A DNA stretch of 64,000 nt, from contig CAVYSW010000010.1 in the NCBI GenBank assembly GCA_963771275.1, positions 32,001 through 96,000 of the forward strand, given 5' to 3'. Source of the stretch: an uncultured Gemmatimonadales bacterium (GTDB lineage: Bacteria; Gemmatimonadota; Gemmatimonadetes; Gemmatimonadales; GWC2-71-9). Under the pieces are notes generated by a model. That model searched no databases and was not told where the DNA came from. It saw only the letters and a program-made list of their open reading frames with translations. Below are positions 1 through 8,708 of the stretch, piece by piece. Positions within the stretch are counted from its first letter, which is position 1; the number at the start of each line of letters is the position of its first letter. A program made the position numbers and the translations under genes.

Positions 1-225
1 CGCCCGCACCGGAGTGCCGTCGAGCGCCAGCTCGAACAGCGTCGCCTCGGCGGCGATGCCCGTGAGCGCCCGCTCCAGGTCCTTGGCCCCGATCGAGAGG
101 GCCTCCGGCGCGCGGCCGTGTCCATAGATCACGGCGGGAACCCGGCCGTGCAGCCGCAGCTGGCGGGCCCCGCCCTTGCCACTGGCCGTGCGTCGCTCGA
201 CGGCAATCGAAATCGTCTGGGACAT
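1..225 (-). CDS. rplY: 50S ribosomal protein L25/Ctc, 5' part (runs off the window)
   Basis: Manual translation MSQTISIAVERRTASGKGGARQLRLHGRVPAVIYGHG matches the L25 N-terminus; AGGAG RBS; follows prs as in the conserved gene order. Confidence 0.92.
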   Translation of the reverse strand, partial: MSQTISIAVERRTASGKGGARQLRLHGRVPAVIYGHGRAPEALSIGAKDLERALTGIAAEATLFELALDGTPVRA

Positions 226-242
226 CGGGTCTGTCTCCTACC

Positions 243-1196
243 TCAATCGAACAGCGAGCTGACCGACTGGTCGCTGTGCGTGTACCGGATCGCCTTGGCC
301 AACAGTCCCGCGATCGAGAGCGTCTTCAGGCGATCGAATTCCTTTTCCTCGGGCAACCGGATCGTGTTGGTCACGGCGACCTCCTTCACCGGCGTCGCGC
401 TGAGCCGATCCACCGCCGGCCCCGACAGCAGCGCGTGCGTCGCGCAGCAGTAGACCTCCCGCGCGCCCAGCTTGGTCAGGGCGAGGATCGCTTCCGTCAT
501 GGTGCCCGCCGTGTCGATCATGTCGTCCACGATCAGGCAATCCCGGTCACCCACCTCGCCGACCACGTTCACCACCTCGGCGATGTTGGCCGAGGGCCGG
601 CGCTTGTCGATGATCGCGAGCGACGCGTCGAGCCGCTTCGCGAACCCACGCGCCATCTTGGCGCTCCCGACGTCCGGCGCGACCACCACCAGGTCCTTGA
701 GACGCTTCTGGCGGTAGTGCTGCACGAACACCGGCGACGCGTACAGATGATCCACCGGGATGTCGAAGAACCCCTGCATCTGGTGCGCGTGGAAGTCCAT
801 CCCGAGCACCCGCTCCGCCCCCGCCGTCGTGATCAGGTTCGCCATCAGCTTGGCGCTGATCGGCACGCGCGGCTGATCCTTACGATCCTGCCGCGAGTAG
901 CCGAAATACGGCGTCACCACGTTGACCCGCGCCACGCTCGCGCGCCGGGCCGCGTCGATCAGGAGCAGCAGCTCGACGAGATTCTCCGCCGGCGGGTTCG
1001 TCGGCTGGATGATGAAGGCATCCCGCCCCCGTGCGTTCTCGTCGATTCGCGCGAAGATCTCCCCATCCGCGAACCGGCGGATCGTTAGCTGACACAGCGG
1101 CTGTCCCAACTGCCCGGCGACCTCTTCGGCGAGCGGCCGGTTGGCCGTGCCGGAAAGGAGCAGCATGTCTGTCCGGGACAGTGAGACTTCCGCCAT
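243..1196 (-). CDS. prs: Ribose-phosphate pyrophosphokinase
   Basis: FADGE, PYFGYSRQDRK and VDDMIDTAGT motifs; AGGAGG RBS. Confidence 0.98.
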   Translation of the reverse strand: MAEVSLSRTDMLLLSGTANRPLAEEVAGQLGQPLCQLTIRRFADGEIFARIDENARGRDAFIIQPTNPPAENLVELLLLIDAARRASVARVNVVTPYFGYSRQDRKDQPRVPISAKLMANLITTAGAERVLGMDFHAHQMQGFFDIPVDHLYASPVFVQHYRQKRLKDLVVVAPDVGSAKMARGFAKRLDASLAIIDKRRPSANIAEVVNVVGEVGDRDCLIVDDMIDTAGTMTEAILALTKLGAREVYCCATHALLSGPAVDRLSATPVKEVAVTNTIRLPEEKEFDRLKTLSIAGLLAKAIRYTHSDQSVSSLFD

Positions 1197-1274
1197 GAGA
1201 GCCTCCTAACATAGCCGGGCGGATCGACTTACGGTAGTGCGGATGCCGCCGGCGAGCCGCGACGCCTGCGCACG

Positions 1275-1541
1275 CTATCCGCGCGCGGCGTCCATCACGC
1301 GTCTCACGAACCAGCAGCTCGGCACGACGGTGAACCGCCGCTCCGCCGCGTACGCCAGCGCGTGCTCGACCAGCCGGTAGCCGACCCCGCGCAGGCGCAG
1401 CGCCGGCGGGACGAAGGTCGTGGCGTAGTCGATGGTATGGTCGTCCAGCATGCGGTAAGCGAGATAGGCGACCTCGCCGTCCACGTCGAGCGTGAAGCGG
1501 CCGGGCTCGTGCCGGATGTCGGAGACCGGTGTCGGCGTCAC
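1275..1541 (-). CDS. Small GNAT-family N-acetyltransferase (YjdJ-like)
   Basis: TFVPPALRLRGVG acetyl-CoA motif and VVPSCWFV; 88 aa. Confidence 0.85.
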   Translation of the reverse strand: MTPTPVSDIRHEPGRFTLDVDGEVAYLAYRMLDDHTIDYATTFVPPALRLRGVGYRLVEHALAYAAERRFTVVPSCWFVRRVMDAARG

Positions 1542-1551
1542 TCCCCCCCCA

Positions 1552-1623
1552 TTGCCCCCCCAGGATTCGAACCTGGATTCCCGGAGCCAAAGTCCGGTGT
1601 CCTAGCCATTGGACGAGAGGGCA
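1552..1623 (-). tRNA. tRNA-Gln(TTG), canonical copy
   Basis: Cloverleaf: acceptor TGCCCTC/GGGGGCA, anticodon arm CCGGA-CTTTGGC-TCCGG, T-arm CCAGG-TTCGAAT-CCTGG; U1-A72, A73; CCA not encoded. Confidence 0.96.
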
Positions 1624-1637
1624 GCGTATGAGGCATC

Positions 1638-1643
1638 AATGTA
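1638..1643 (-). promoter_or_regulatory. Putative -10 box (TACATT) for tRNA-Gln copy 1
   Basis: 14 nt upstream of the tRNA; an equivalent TAAATT lies upstream of copy 2. Confidence 0.5.
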
Positions 1644-1738
1644 AGGCTGGATCGGGAATCGTGCAGCGTGCAGCGCCGGAGCGAGCCGTGCACGCCGTGG
1701 TGGTGATTGCGGCGACCCGTTGACCTGTCCCTCCCAGG

Positions 1739-2734
1739 TCAGCTCGCCACGTGGGACTCGGGACCGCGCACCCGCGCCCGTTCGGCGACACGGCGGCTCA
1801 ACCGCCACAGGGCGAGCACGACCGCGAGGCCGACCAGGCTCTTTCCCTCGAACTGCTCCAGGTCACTCATCACCCCGAACAGCACGAAGAACGCCAGCAA
1901 GCCGGCCACCAACGCCAGCCGGTGCCGGTCGTCCCACCCGTAGGTGTTCCCGGACCAGCGGAGCAGCAGCCAGAGCGTCAGGCCGTCGCACGCGAGCAGG
2001 AAGGCCGCCAGAGCGATGAGGGGGGGCCGGATGCCCTGCTCGGGCAAGACGAAGACCGTGGCAAAGACGACCATCATGTTCACGGCACCCACGACCAGGA
2101 ACCGGCGCGGGTGAGGCACCCGGCGGTCCACGATCGGGAGCGGGCGGGCGGTGACCAATCGAGCGGCGACGACGAGGCCCACCAGCACGAGGGTGGTAAG
2201 CGCCCACAGCGCCGGCGGGGGCACGTAGAGCGGGTGGTCGGCCCGGGCCAGCCACGCCAGCACAGGTGCCCAAAGGGCCAGCACCCCCCCGCACAGCGCC
2301 GCTTGACCGCTGGTGAGCCAGGGCGCGTGCCGCCGCTCCGGGAACAGCAGCTCGGTCAGCATCACGCTGGAGAGAATGCTGATGGCGGCGTGGAAGTGGA
2401 TCAGCATGATGCCGTACGTCCAGTTGATCCCGGCGACATGGGTATATCGGCCGATCGCCTCGAGCTCGTACCATTGGGGGTCGAACAGCGCACGCGAAAC
2501 CACGCCCTCCTCGTAGAGGCCGTAGGCGACGCTGAGGAGGAGCAGGCTGGGCCATCCCTTGTGCCAGCGTCGGGTGAATTCGCGGCAGAGCAGCGCGCCG
2601 CAGCCATAAGGGAGGGCGGTGGCGGCGAAGCTGATGGGGTTGAAGAACTCGGCGGGGGGCTGATGTCCGGATACCAACTCCCCCAGCACCGGTGCCAGGA
2701 AGAGCAGGAATAGGGCGGGTCGGGCCGCGCTCAC
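1739..2734 (-). CDS. Multi-pass membrane hypothetical protein
   Basis: 331 aa with about 9 hydrophobic segments; YGLYEEG motif; host-like codon usage. Confidence 0.8.
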   Translation of the reverse strand: MSAARPALFLLFLAPVLGELVSGHQPPAEFFNPISFAATALPYGCGALLCREFTRRWHKGWPSLLLLSVAYGLYEEGVVSRALFDPQWYELEAIGRYTHVAGINWTYGIMLIHFHAAISILSSVMLTELLFPERRHAPWLTSGQAALCGGVLALWAPVLAWLARADHPLYVPPPALWALTTLVLVGLVVAARLVTARPLPIVDRRVPHPRRFLVVGAVNMMVVFATVFVLPEQGIRPPLIALAAFLLACDGLTLWLLLRWSGNTYGWDDRHRLALVAGLLAFFVLFGVMSDLEQFEGKSLVGLAVVLALWRLSRRVAERARVRGPESHVAS

Positions 2735-2768
2735 GCCACCACCGGGCTGGCCGCGGGGACGGCGCGCG

Positions 2769-3260
2769 TCAGTCGGGCGAGGGGCGCGACGAGCTGTGAC
2801 CGATCAGGATGCGCCAGCCCCCCTCCCGGTGCACCAGCGTCATGTCCAGCACACCGGCGAACTCCCGGCCGGTGGATCGGCCGGATTCCAGGAACTTGGC
2901 GTGAAACGCCGTAGCGACCGTCGCCACGCCCGGGGCGAGCGGCACGATCTCGGTGTCCCAGTAGTCGGTCTCGATGCCCGTTGCAGGCGACGCGCGGCGC
3001 AGCGACTCCCGGACCTGGCCCGCCGAGCGGTACCGGACCGCTCCCTGCTCCAGCCACCGGAAATCGGCGTCGCTGGCGTAGAGGGCCGCCAGGGAATCCC
3101 AGTGCCCGGCCGCGGAGTATCGGCGAAACGCGTCGAGCGTGGCCTGCACACTGTCCCGAATGGCGGCCGCGTGCGCGGCCGTCAGAGGGTGGGCGGCGGG
3201 CCCGCGGCAGGAGGCGGCCAGGACGGCGCTGGCGGCAAGGAACGGCACGAGACGTTTCAC
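2769..3260 (-). CDS. NTF2/SnoaL-like (DUF4440-type) lipoprotein
   Basis: GTG start behind GGAGGAG; lipobox LAASC; C-terminal GWRILIGHSS typical of the NTF2-like fold. Confidence 0.8.
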   Translation of the reverse strand: MKRLVPFLAASAVLAASCRGPAAHPLTAAHAAAIRDSVQATLDAFRRYSAAGHWDSLAALYASDADFRWLEQGAVRYRSAGQVRESLRRASPATGIETDYWDTEIVPLAPGVATVATAFHAKFLESGRSTGREFAGVLDMTLVHREGGWRILIGHSSSRPSPD

Positions 3261-3286
3261 GACTCCTCCCGACGGTGTCCCCCGCA

Positions 3287-3357
3287 TTGCCCCCCCGGGA
3301 TTCGAACCTGCATTCCCGGATCCAAAGTCCGGTGTCCTGCCGTTGGACGAGAGGGCA
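3287..3357 (-). tRNA. tRNA-Gln(TTG), second copy with a mismatched T-stem
   Basis: Same acceptor and anticodon stems as copy 1; T-stem GCAGG/CCCGG has G49.G65 and A51.C63 mismatches. Confidence 0.85.
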
Positions 3358-3442
3358 GTGTCCGAAAGCTCCAATTTAGGGTGGGATCGGGATTCGTGCA
3401 GCGTGCAGCGGGTAGCGTGCCGCGGCCGTCCCGGGACTTCTC

Positions 3443-3471
3443 TAGCCATCCCCCCGACCGATACCTATACT
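3443..3471 (+). promoter_or_regulatory. Putative sigma70 promoter TAGCCA-N17-TATACT
   Basis: Consensus-like boxes with 17-nt spacing, pointing at the ORF at 3777. Confidence 0.4.
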
Positions 3472-3700
3472 ACCGAGCGCGGGAGGCAAACCACGGGGGG
3501 GCATGTGCCGTCACCCTGGGCAGCCTCGAGGCTAAAACTCACGCACCGCCGTTCCCTCGCTCCACGCGCGGGACCTGCTTGCCGCCGTATCGGCGCCGAG
3601 GCGTTCCCCCGGGCCATCCAACTCGCCCCCCCCTTACACTCTGCCATCCCGGCTCAATACGGCCGGCTCAACCACCGGAGCGCGGGCGCCATCGAGCCGT

Positions 3701-3754
3701 CGGTCATCGGCCAACGGCCAACCGCCAACGGCCAACGGCTAACGGCCAACGGCA
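3701..3754 (+). repeat. Heptamer tandem array (CGGCYAW)x7
   Basis: CGGTCAT CGGCCAA CGGCCAA CCGCCAA CGGCCAA CGGCTAA CGGCCAA. Confidence 0.95.
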
Positions 3755-3776
3755 GGGTCACGCATAGGAGGCCAGG

Positions 3777-4846
3777 GTGCTGCAGGAAATCCGAGCCATA
3801 GATGACCCCGAGGGGCTGCGCCGGCTGGCCAGAGAACGACAGGAAGTGGAAGCACACTTCGCCAGGACGGTCCTGGGCGTGTTCGACAGCGGGCTGGCGC
3901 TGCAGAAGCTTCAGCGCGTCGCTCAGGCGTTGATGCGCATGATGGGGGAGGGCCCCTTCAAGGCGATTGATAAGGCCATGAAGCAGGAGCCCAGCTTGCG
4001 GTTGTACGACAAGGTGCAGAAGAACGCGGCCGCTCTCACCCTGTCGTCGCAGTCCCCGGTGCTCCTGAGGAAGCTGGACGCCACCGATTGCGCCGACGTG
4101 ATCCGCCTGGCGGGAGCATGGGTGGAAGCAGGCGGACTGTGCGGTGGGGACACTGTCAAGGAAGCGTTCCGTCCAGGCCAGGCGTTTGGAAAGGGCCTGC
4201 GAGTCAGGAAGTCCGGGCATTACGAGCTGCCGCCTCACCTCCTGCCGCACATGCGCGACCCGAGTGCTTTCGCCGGCATGGCCGGAAAACGCGCCGCCGG
4301 AACCAGCAGCGTCCTGCAACTCGACCGACTGTTCGGCCTGGTAGTCGCGTGCGATATCTCGGGCACCACCGCCGACTGCGTCTTTGCGCTCGAGGTGGTG
4401 GCGCCGCTCGTCCCGCCTCAGCTCCAGATGACGGCCGCTTACCACATGCTGCCCCTGGGGACCATCGTGGCGAACCTGCATCATAGCCTGCTGGAAGTAG
4501 CGCTGGTCCTGTCCCTCAACGACGAGGCGGACTACCACATCGGATTCTTCGACACCCTGAAGCCCAAGCGTGCGCACGTCCTTCCGCCGGAGCTCGGGGC
4601 CATCGAAGGTGCGATGGCCATGGCCGACGACCGGATGAAGCGCCTGGGGCTGCACCACGTTCGCTACTATAGAGGAGACGGAAGTGTGGAGGGTGCCTTC
4701 CAGTTTGAGGGCGTCCAGTTGATGGCCTTGAAATTCTCCCCGATCTCGGATGCCGTGGAGATGCTCGATCGGGCACCATGCCTCGGCGGCTATCCCCAGC
4801 GACATATGGTGGTCGAGCTCCTGCGGTCGGCGGCTTCAGGGTGTGA
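3777..4846 (+). CDS. Orphan hypothetical protein (about 356 aa); end inferred through a probable 1-nt deletion
   Basis: AGGAGG RBS and GTG start; visibly lower GC than the flanks. As assembled it reads to 5309 across ispE; one extra G near 4830 gives ...LRSAGFRV-stop at 4844-4846. Confidence 0.7.
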
Positions 4847-4904
4847 GGTGCCGAGCCTCGCCCTCGCCTCATTCGTGCGGGTATGGCGTGTGGCGTGTAC
4901 CGGC

Positions 4905-5792
4905 TCACGTCGCGAGCGGCCCGGGGGCGGGCGCGGCGCGCGTCATGGTGGACAGCAGTCGGTGGCCTCGCTCGCCTATCTCCAGCGCCGCGGCGTCCCG
5001 ATCGCCTGCCGAGCGATACAGCGCGATCAGGGCCGAGCCGGATCCGGAGAGCCGCGCCAGCAGCGGCCGCGTGGCGCACAGCTTCTCGTACAGCGCGCGC
5101 AGCACGGGCTCCTTGCCGAACACGGGAACCTCGAAGTCGTTGCCGCCGAGCCGGGCGATCCCGCCCCAAGTGCCGAACGCCGCGGCATCGAGCACGACGG
5201 GGCCGCGCGGGTGGCCCCAGTCGCGTCCCTGATCGAGCAGCTCGTACGCTTTGGGTGTGCTCACGCCGAACGGCGGCAGCACCAGCAGGGCGGGGGCCGG
5301 CGACGGTGACGCAATGCGGAACATCCGCTCGCCGCGGCCCCAGGCCAGGGCCAGCGGCGCACCGCTCGCGAGGAACGGGACGTCGCTCCCCAGCCGCGCC
5401 GCGAGCTGGAGGATCTCGTTTGGCGGGATCGCGTTTCCCGCGAGCGCGTTGGCCGCGTGCAGCGCCGCCGCGGCATCGCTCGAGCCGCCCCCCAGTCCCG
5501 CCGAGACCGGGATGCGCTTCACCAGATGCATCCGCACGCCGAACCGTTGCCCCGTGGCCTCGAGCACCATCCGGGCCGCCCGGTAGGCGAGGTTGTCCTC
5601 GACCGGACCGGTGTCTGCGCCTTCCACCGTCAGCTCGATCCCGCTCCCGGTTCGCTCAACGGTCAGCTCGTCGGCCAGCTCGAGCAGGACGAACAGCGTC
5701 TCCAGACTGTGGTAGCCCGACGTCTCGCGGCTCAGCACCCGGAGGAAGAGGTTCGCCTTGGCGTGCGCGGCGATCGTGACGCGGTCAGGCAT
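4905..5792 (-). CDS. ispE: 4-diphosphocytidyl-2-C-methyl-D-erythritol kinase
   Basis: AKANLFL, KRIPVSAGLGGGSSDAA, GSDVPF and SGSGS GHMP-kinase motifs. Confidence 0.97.
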   Translation of the reverse strand: MPDRVTIAAHAKANLFLRVLSRETSGYHSLETLFVLLELADELTVERTGSGIELTVEGADTGPVEDNLAYRAARMVLEATGQRFGVRMHLVKRIPVSAGLGGGSSDAAAALHAANALAGNAIPPNEILQLAARLGSDVPFLASGAPLALAWGRGERMFRIASPSPAPALLVLPPFGVSTPKAYELLDQGRDWGHPRGPVVLDAAAFGTWGGIARLGGNDFEVPVFGKEPVLRALYEKLCATRPLLARLSGSGSALIALYRSAGDRDAAALEIGERGHRLLSTMTRAAPAPGPLAT

Positions 5793-5809
5793 CGCGTGGG
5801 CCATAATGG

Positions 5810-5913
5810 ACCGCGGAGCACGCAGAGACCGCAGAAGTGGTCTTGGTCGTTGCGACGGTCGCGGTGGTAGGCGTGGTCATCTGTCTCTCTGCGCGCTCTG
5901 CGTTCTCTGCGGT
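5810..5913. repeat. Inverted pair of 9-mer triplets, (NNCGCRGAR)x3 ... (CTCTGCGNN)x3
   Basis: ACCGCGGAG CACGCAGAG ACCGCAGAA, a 50-nt spacer, then CTCTGCGCG CTCTGCGTT CTCTGCGGT. Confidence 0.85.
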
Positions 5914-5926
5914 GCCCCGCCGGCCA

Positions 5927-6943
5927 TCACGCCGCCGCGCCCGCGGCCCGCGCCCGCAGGTCGCTGAGCTGGAGGTTCGCCCGCCACAGCGACCAGAGGC
6001 CCAGCAGCGTGATCGGCACGAACCCGCAGACGTGGTAGCCGACGGCGAGCGAGACGGCCACGGTGGCCGGCACCGCGTAGAGCGTCAGCGCGGCGCGGGT
6101 CGCGCCTTCGAACAGGCCGAAGAACCCCGGGGTCGACGGGACCGCGACGCCGAAGGCGATCACACCCTGGAGCACCAGCGCCGGCCCCCACGAAAGCGAC
6201 AGTCCGAACGCCCGGAAAACGAGCCAGAACGATGCCGCGTTGGTGGTCCACAGCACGACCGACCACCACACGACGACCGCGAACCGCCGCGGCGCCCGCA
6301 GCGCCGACAGGCCGTCGAGCAGGCCCTCGATCAGATCCATGGCGCGGTGCGCCCAGCGGTCCGGCAGCGCGGCGCGCGTCACGCTCCGCGCGATCCGCAG
6401 CGTGAGCGCCGGCACGGCGACCACCACCAGCGCGGCCACGAGGAGGCCGCCGAAGACCAGCGCCGACCACGTCGTGAATCGCGCGACCGGCACGCCGGCG
6501 ATCGTCGTCTGCCCCCCGAAGCCGCCGGCGCCGAGCCCGAGGACGAGCAGGGCGAGCAGGACGACGCCGTCGAAGATCCGCTCCACGGCGACCGAGGCCA
6601 CCGCCGTGGTGAACCGGGTGCCGGTGAGCTGCGCCACGGCGTACGCGCGGGCCACTTCGCCGGCGCGGGCCGGCAGCAGGTTGTTGGCCATGAAGCCGAT
6701 CGCGGTGGCGTGCCACAGCGGGATCCACGGGAGGGGCGCCCCCTCGTAGCGGAGCAGCACCCGCCACCGGATAGTGCGGAGCGGGAACGCGAGCGTCGCG
6801 ACGCCCGTCGCGGCGAGCAGCCAGCCCCAGTGCGCGGAGCGGATCTGGCGCCACACTTCCGCGGGTGACACGTCGTGCAGGACCCACCACAGCAGCAGCA
6901 GGGTGATGACGACGCCGATGGCCCCGGACCACCGGAGGCGCAC
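5927..6943 (-). CDS. Lysylphosphatidylglycerol synthase TM-domain (UPF0104/flippase-like) membrane protein
   Basis: RW, NNLLPARAGEVAR, VERIFD and PSTPGFFGLFE motifs. Confidence 0.9.
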   Translation of the reverse strand: MRLRWSGAIGVVITLLLLWWVLHDVSPAEVWRQIRSAHWGWLLAATGVATLAFPLRTIRWRVLLRYEGAPLPWIPLWHATAIGFMANNLLPARAGEVARAYAVAQLTGTRFTTAVASVAVERIFDGVVLLALLVLGLGAGGFGGQTTIAGVPVARFTTWSALVFGGLLVAALVVVAVPALTLRIARSVTRAALPDRWAHRAMDLIEGLLDGLSALRAPRRFAVVVWWSVVLWTTNAASFWLVFRAFGLSLSWGPALVLQGVIAFGVAVPSTPGFFGLFEGATRAALTLYAVPATVAVSLAVGYHVCGFVPITLLGLWSLWRANLQLSDLRARAAGAAA

Positions 6944-6944
6944 G

Positions 6945-8678
6945 TCAGGCGCCGGTGTCGAGACCGAGCTGGACGAGGTCGAACACTTCCTCGACGAGGT
7001 CGCGCACTTCGGCCGCGGGGACGCCCGCCGCGAACAGGGCTTCCACGTTGGCGCGGAGGCTCGCCGCCCGCTGCAGGGCGGCCGCGCCGCGGTAGCAGAG
7101 GTCCGTGATGGGAACGACCGCGGTCGGCGCGGCCGTCACGGGTGCGGCGGCGGGCGCGGTGCGGGCCGGTGCCGGTATTGGCGGCGCGACGCGGGCCCGC
7201 CGCGGATCCGCCGGAGGACCCGCGAGGAGCTCGGTGAGCGACGGCGTGCCGAGACCCAGCGTGTCGAGGTAGCGCCAGTACCGCATCAGGCTGCCGGCAA
7301 GATCGGCCGGCTCGTCCCCGGCTTCCGGCGCGGTGGCCGGAGATGGCGGCCCCGCGGCGACGCGGCTGGGGGTGGGCGCGGGGGCCGGCGCAGCCGCGGC
7401 GGGAGCCGGGGGTGCGGCGGGTCGGGATGGCGTGGGCGAGGGCTCGGCAGCCGGAGCGGCGGGGTGCGCTGCCGGCACGAGCGCCTGCAGCTCGTCGGCC
7501 AGGGTGGCGAGCGCGCTCTCTTCTTCCATGCCGAGCGCGGTGCCGACATGGCGCAGCGCACCCGCAAAGCCGCCCGGATTGCTGATCGGTGTTCCGTGGG
7601 CGATCGCGTCGCGGCCGGCGCGCGCGAACCTGGCCGCCGCGGACCGGAGGTGCGGGCCGACCCCGTGCTCGAGCGTGCGCAGCGTGTCGGCGAGCGCGAG
7701 CGCCCGCAGCGCCCGCAGGGTCGGGGCCGACGCCTGCTCGATGCCGTTCGCCAGTTGCTTGAGGTGCTCGCCCAGCGCCACCAGCTCCACGCGTCCGAGC
7801 TCCGGCTCCGGCGACGAGGGGGGCAGGCGTTCGAGCACATGGGGACCGGGGTCGTCCGGGTAGAGCGTCTCGATCCGCACGGCGGGCTCGTCCAGGCCGA
7901 GCAATCGTCGGAGGCCGTCCGCGAAGCGTCGAATCTCGACGGACTCGACGTCGGCGCGACCGGCGGTCGCGAGCTCGCGCGTCGCCTGGGTGAGCGCCTT
8001 GGCGCTGGAGTCGAGCACCTCGGCGGCGCCATCCGGCAGCTCGGGAGCGCGCGTGATCGCGGTCACCGCGCGATCGATCCCGTCGAGCAGATCCCCGAGC
8101 GGTGGGAATTCCCCGAGGCTCGCGAGGCCCCGGAGCGGCTGCATGACCTGCGCCACCGCCTGCAGCGGCTCGTGGGGGGTGCCGTGGCGTTCCAGCGCGG
8201 CCACCGCGCGGGCGAGCGCGCTGGCGAGACCGGCCGCCTCCCGCGCCACGAACGCGCGGGTCCCCGCGTCGGGGCTGGACGTGTGGGCGCGCGGCGTGCC
8301 ATGCGGGGCCTTGCCGCCGACGGCCTCGAGCGCCGACGCGAGATCGCGAGCCCGCGCCGTGTCGCTGTCCGCCCATTCACGCACGCGGCGGACGTACAGC
8401 TTGAGATCGTCGACCGCCCGGATCGACAGCTGACGGGTGGCCTCGTCCCACGACCGCCGGCCTTCGCGGACCGCGCGCGCCACCTGCTCGAACGCCCCCG
8501 CCACCGCGGCGATCGGCTGCTGGTTCGCCATGAGCGCCGCGCCCCGGAGGGCTCGCGTCAGCCGCTGGAACTCCTCGCCGTTGGGGTTGCCCGGCGTGGA
8601 CACGAGCGTATCGAGCCGCTCGAGATACTCGCCGGCCTCCATCGTGAAGAACTCCGCCATGCCGAGCTGCTTGTCCAT
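6945..8678 (-). CDS. Helical protein with Hpt-like domains lacking the phospho-acceptor His
   Basis: FFTMEAGEYLERLD...RLTRALRGAALMA resembles CheA P1 (RxxHxLKG) with His replaced by Arg; Pro/Ala-rich linker. Confidence 0.65.
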   Translation of the reverse strand: MDKQLGMAEFFTMEAGEYLERLDTLVSTPGNPNGEEFQRLTRALRGAALMANQQPIAAVAGAFEQVARAVREGRRSWDEATRQLSIRAVDDLKLYVRRVREWADSDTARARDLASALEAVGGKAPHGTPRAHTSSPDAGTRAFVAREAAGLASALARAVAALERHGTPHEPLQAVAQVMQPLRGLASLGEFPPLGDLLDGIDRAVTAITRAPELPDGAAEVLDSSAKALTQATRELATAGRADVESVEIRRFADGLRRLLGLDEPAVRIETLYPDDPGPHVLERLPPSSPEPELGRVELVALGEHLKQLANGIEQASAPTLRALRALALADTLRTLEHGVGPHLRSAAARFARAGRDAIAHGTPISNPGGFAGALRHVGTALGMEEESALATLADELQALVPAAHPAAPAAEPSPTPSRPAAPPAPAAAAPAPAPTPSRVAAGPPSPATAPEAGDEPADLAGSLMRYWRYLDTLGLGTPSLTELLAGPPADPRRARVAPPIPAPARTAPAAAPVTAAPTAVVPITDLCYRGAAALQRAASLRANVEALFAAGVPAAEVRDLVEEVFDLVQLGLDTGA

Positions 8679-8708
8679 TCGGAACCGGGCCGAGAGGTCG
8701 AGGCTAAA

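Noticed and set aside
4847..5309. C-terminal 150 aa of the 510-aa ORF as real protein
   Set aside because: It is antisense to ispE, and a one-base correction gives a stop at 4846
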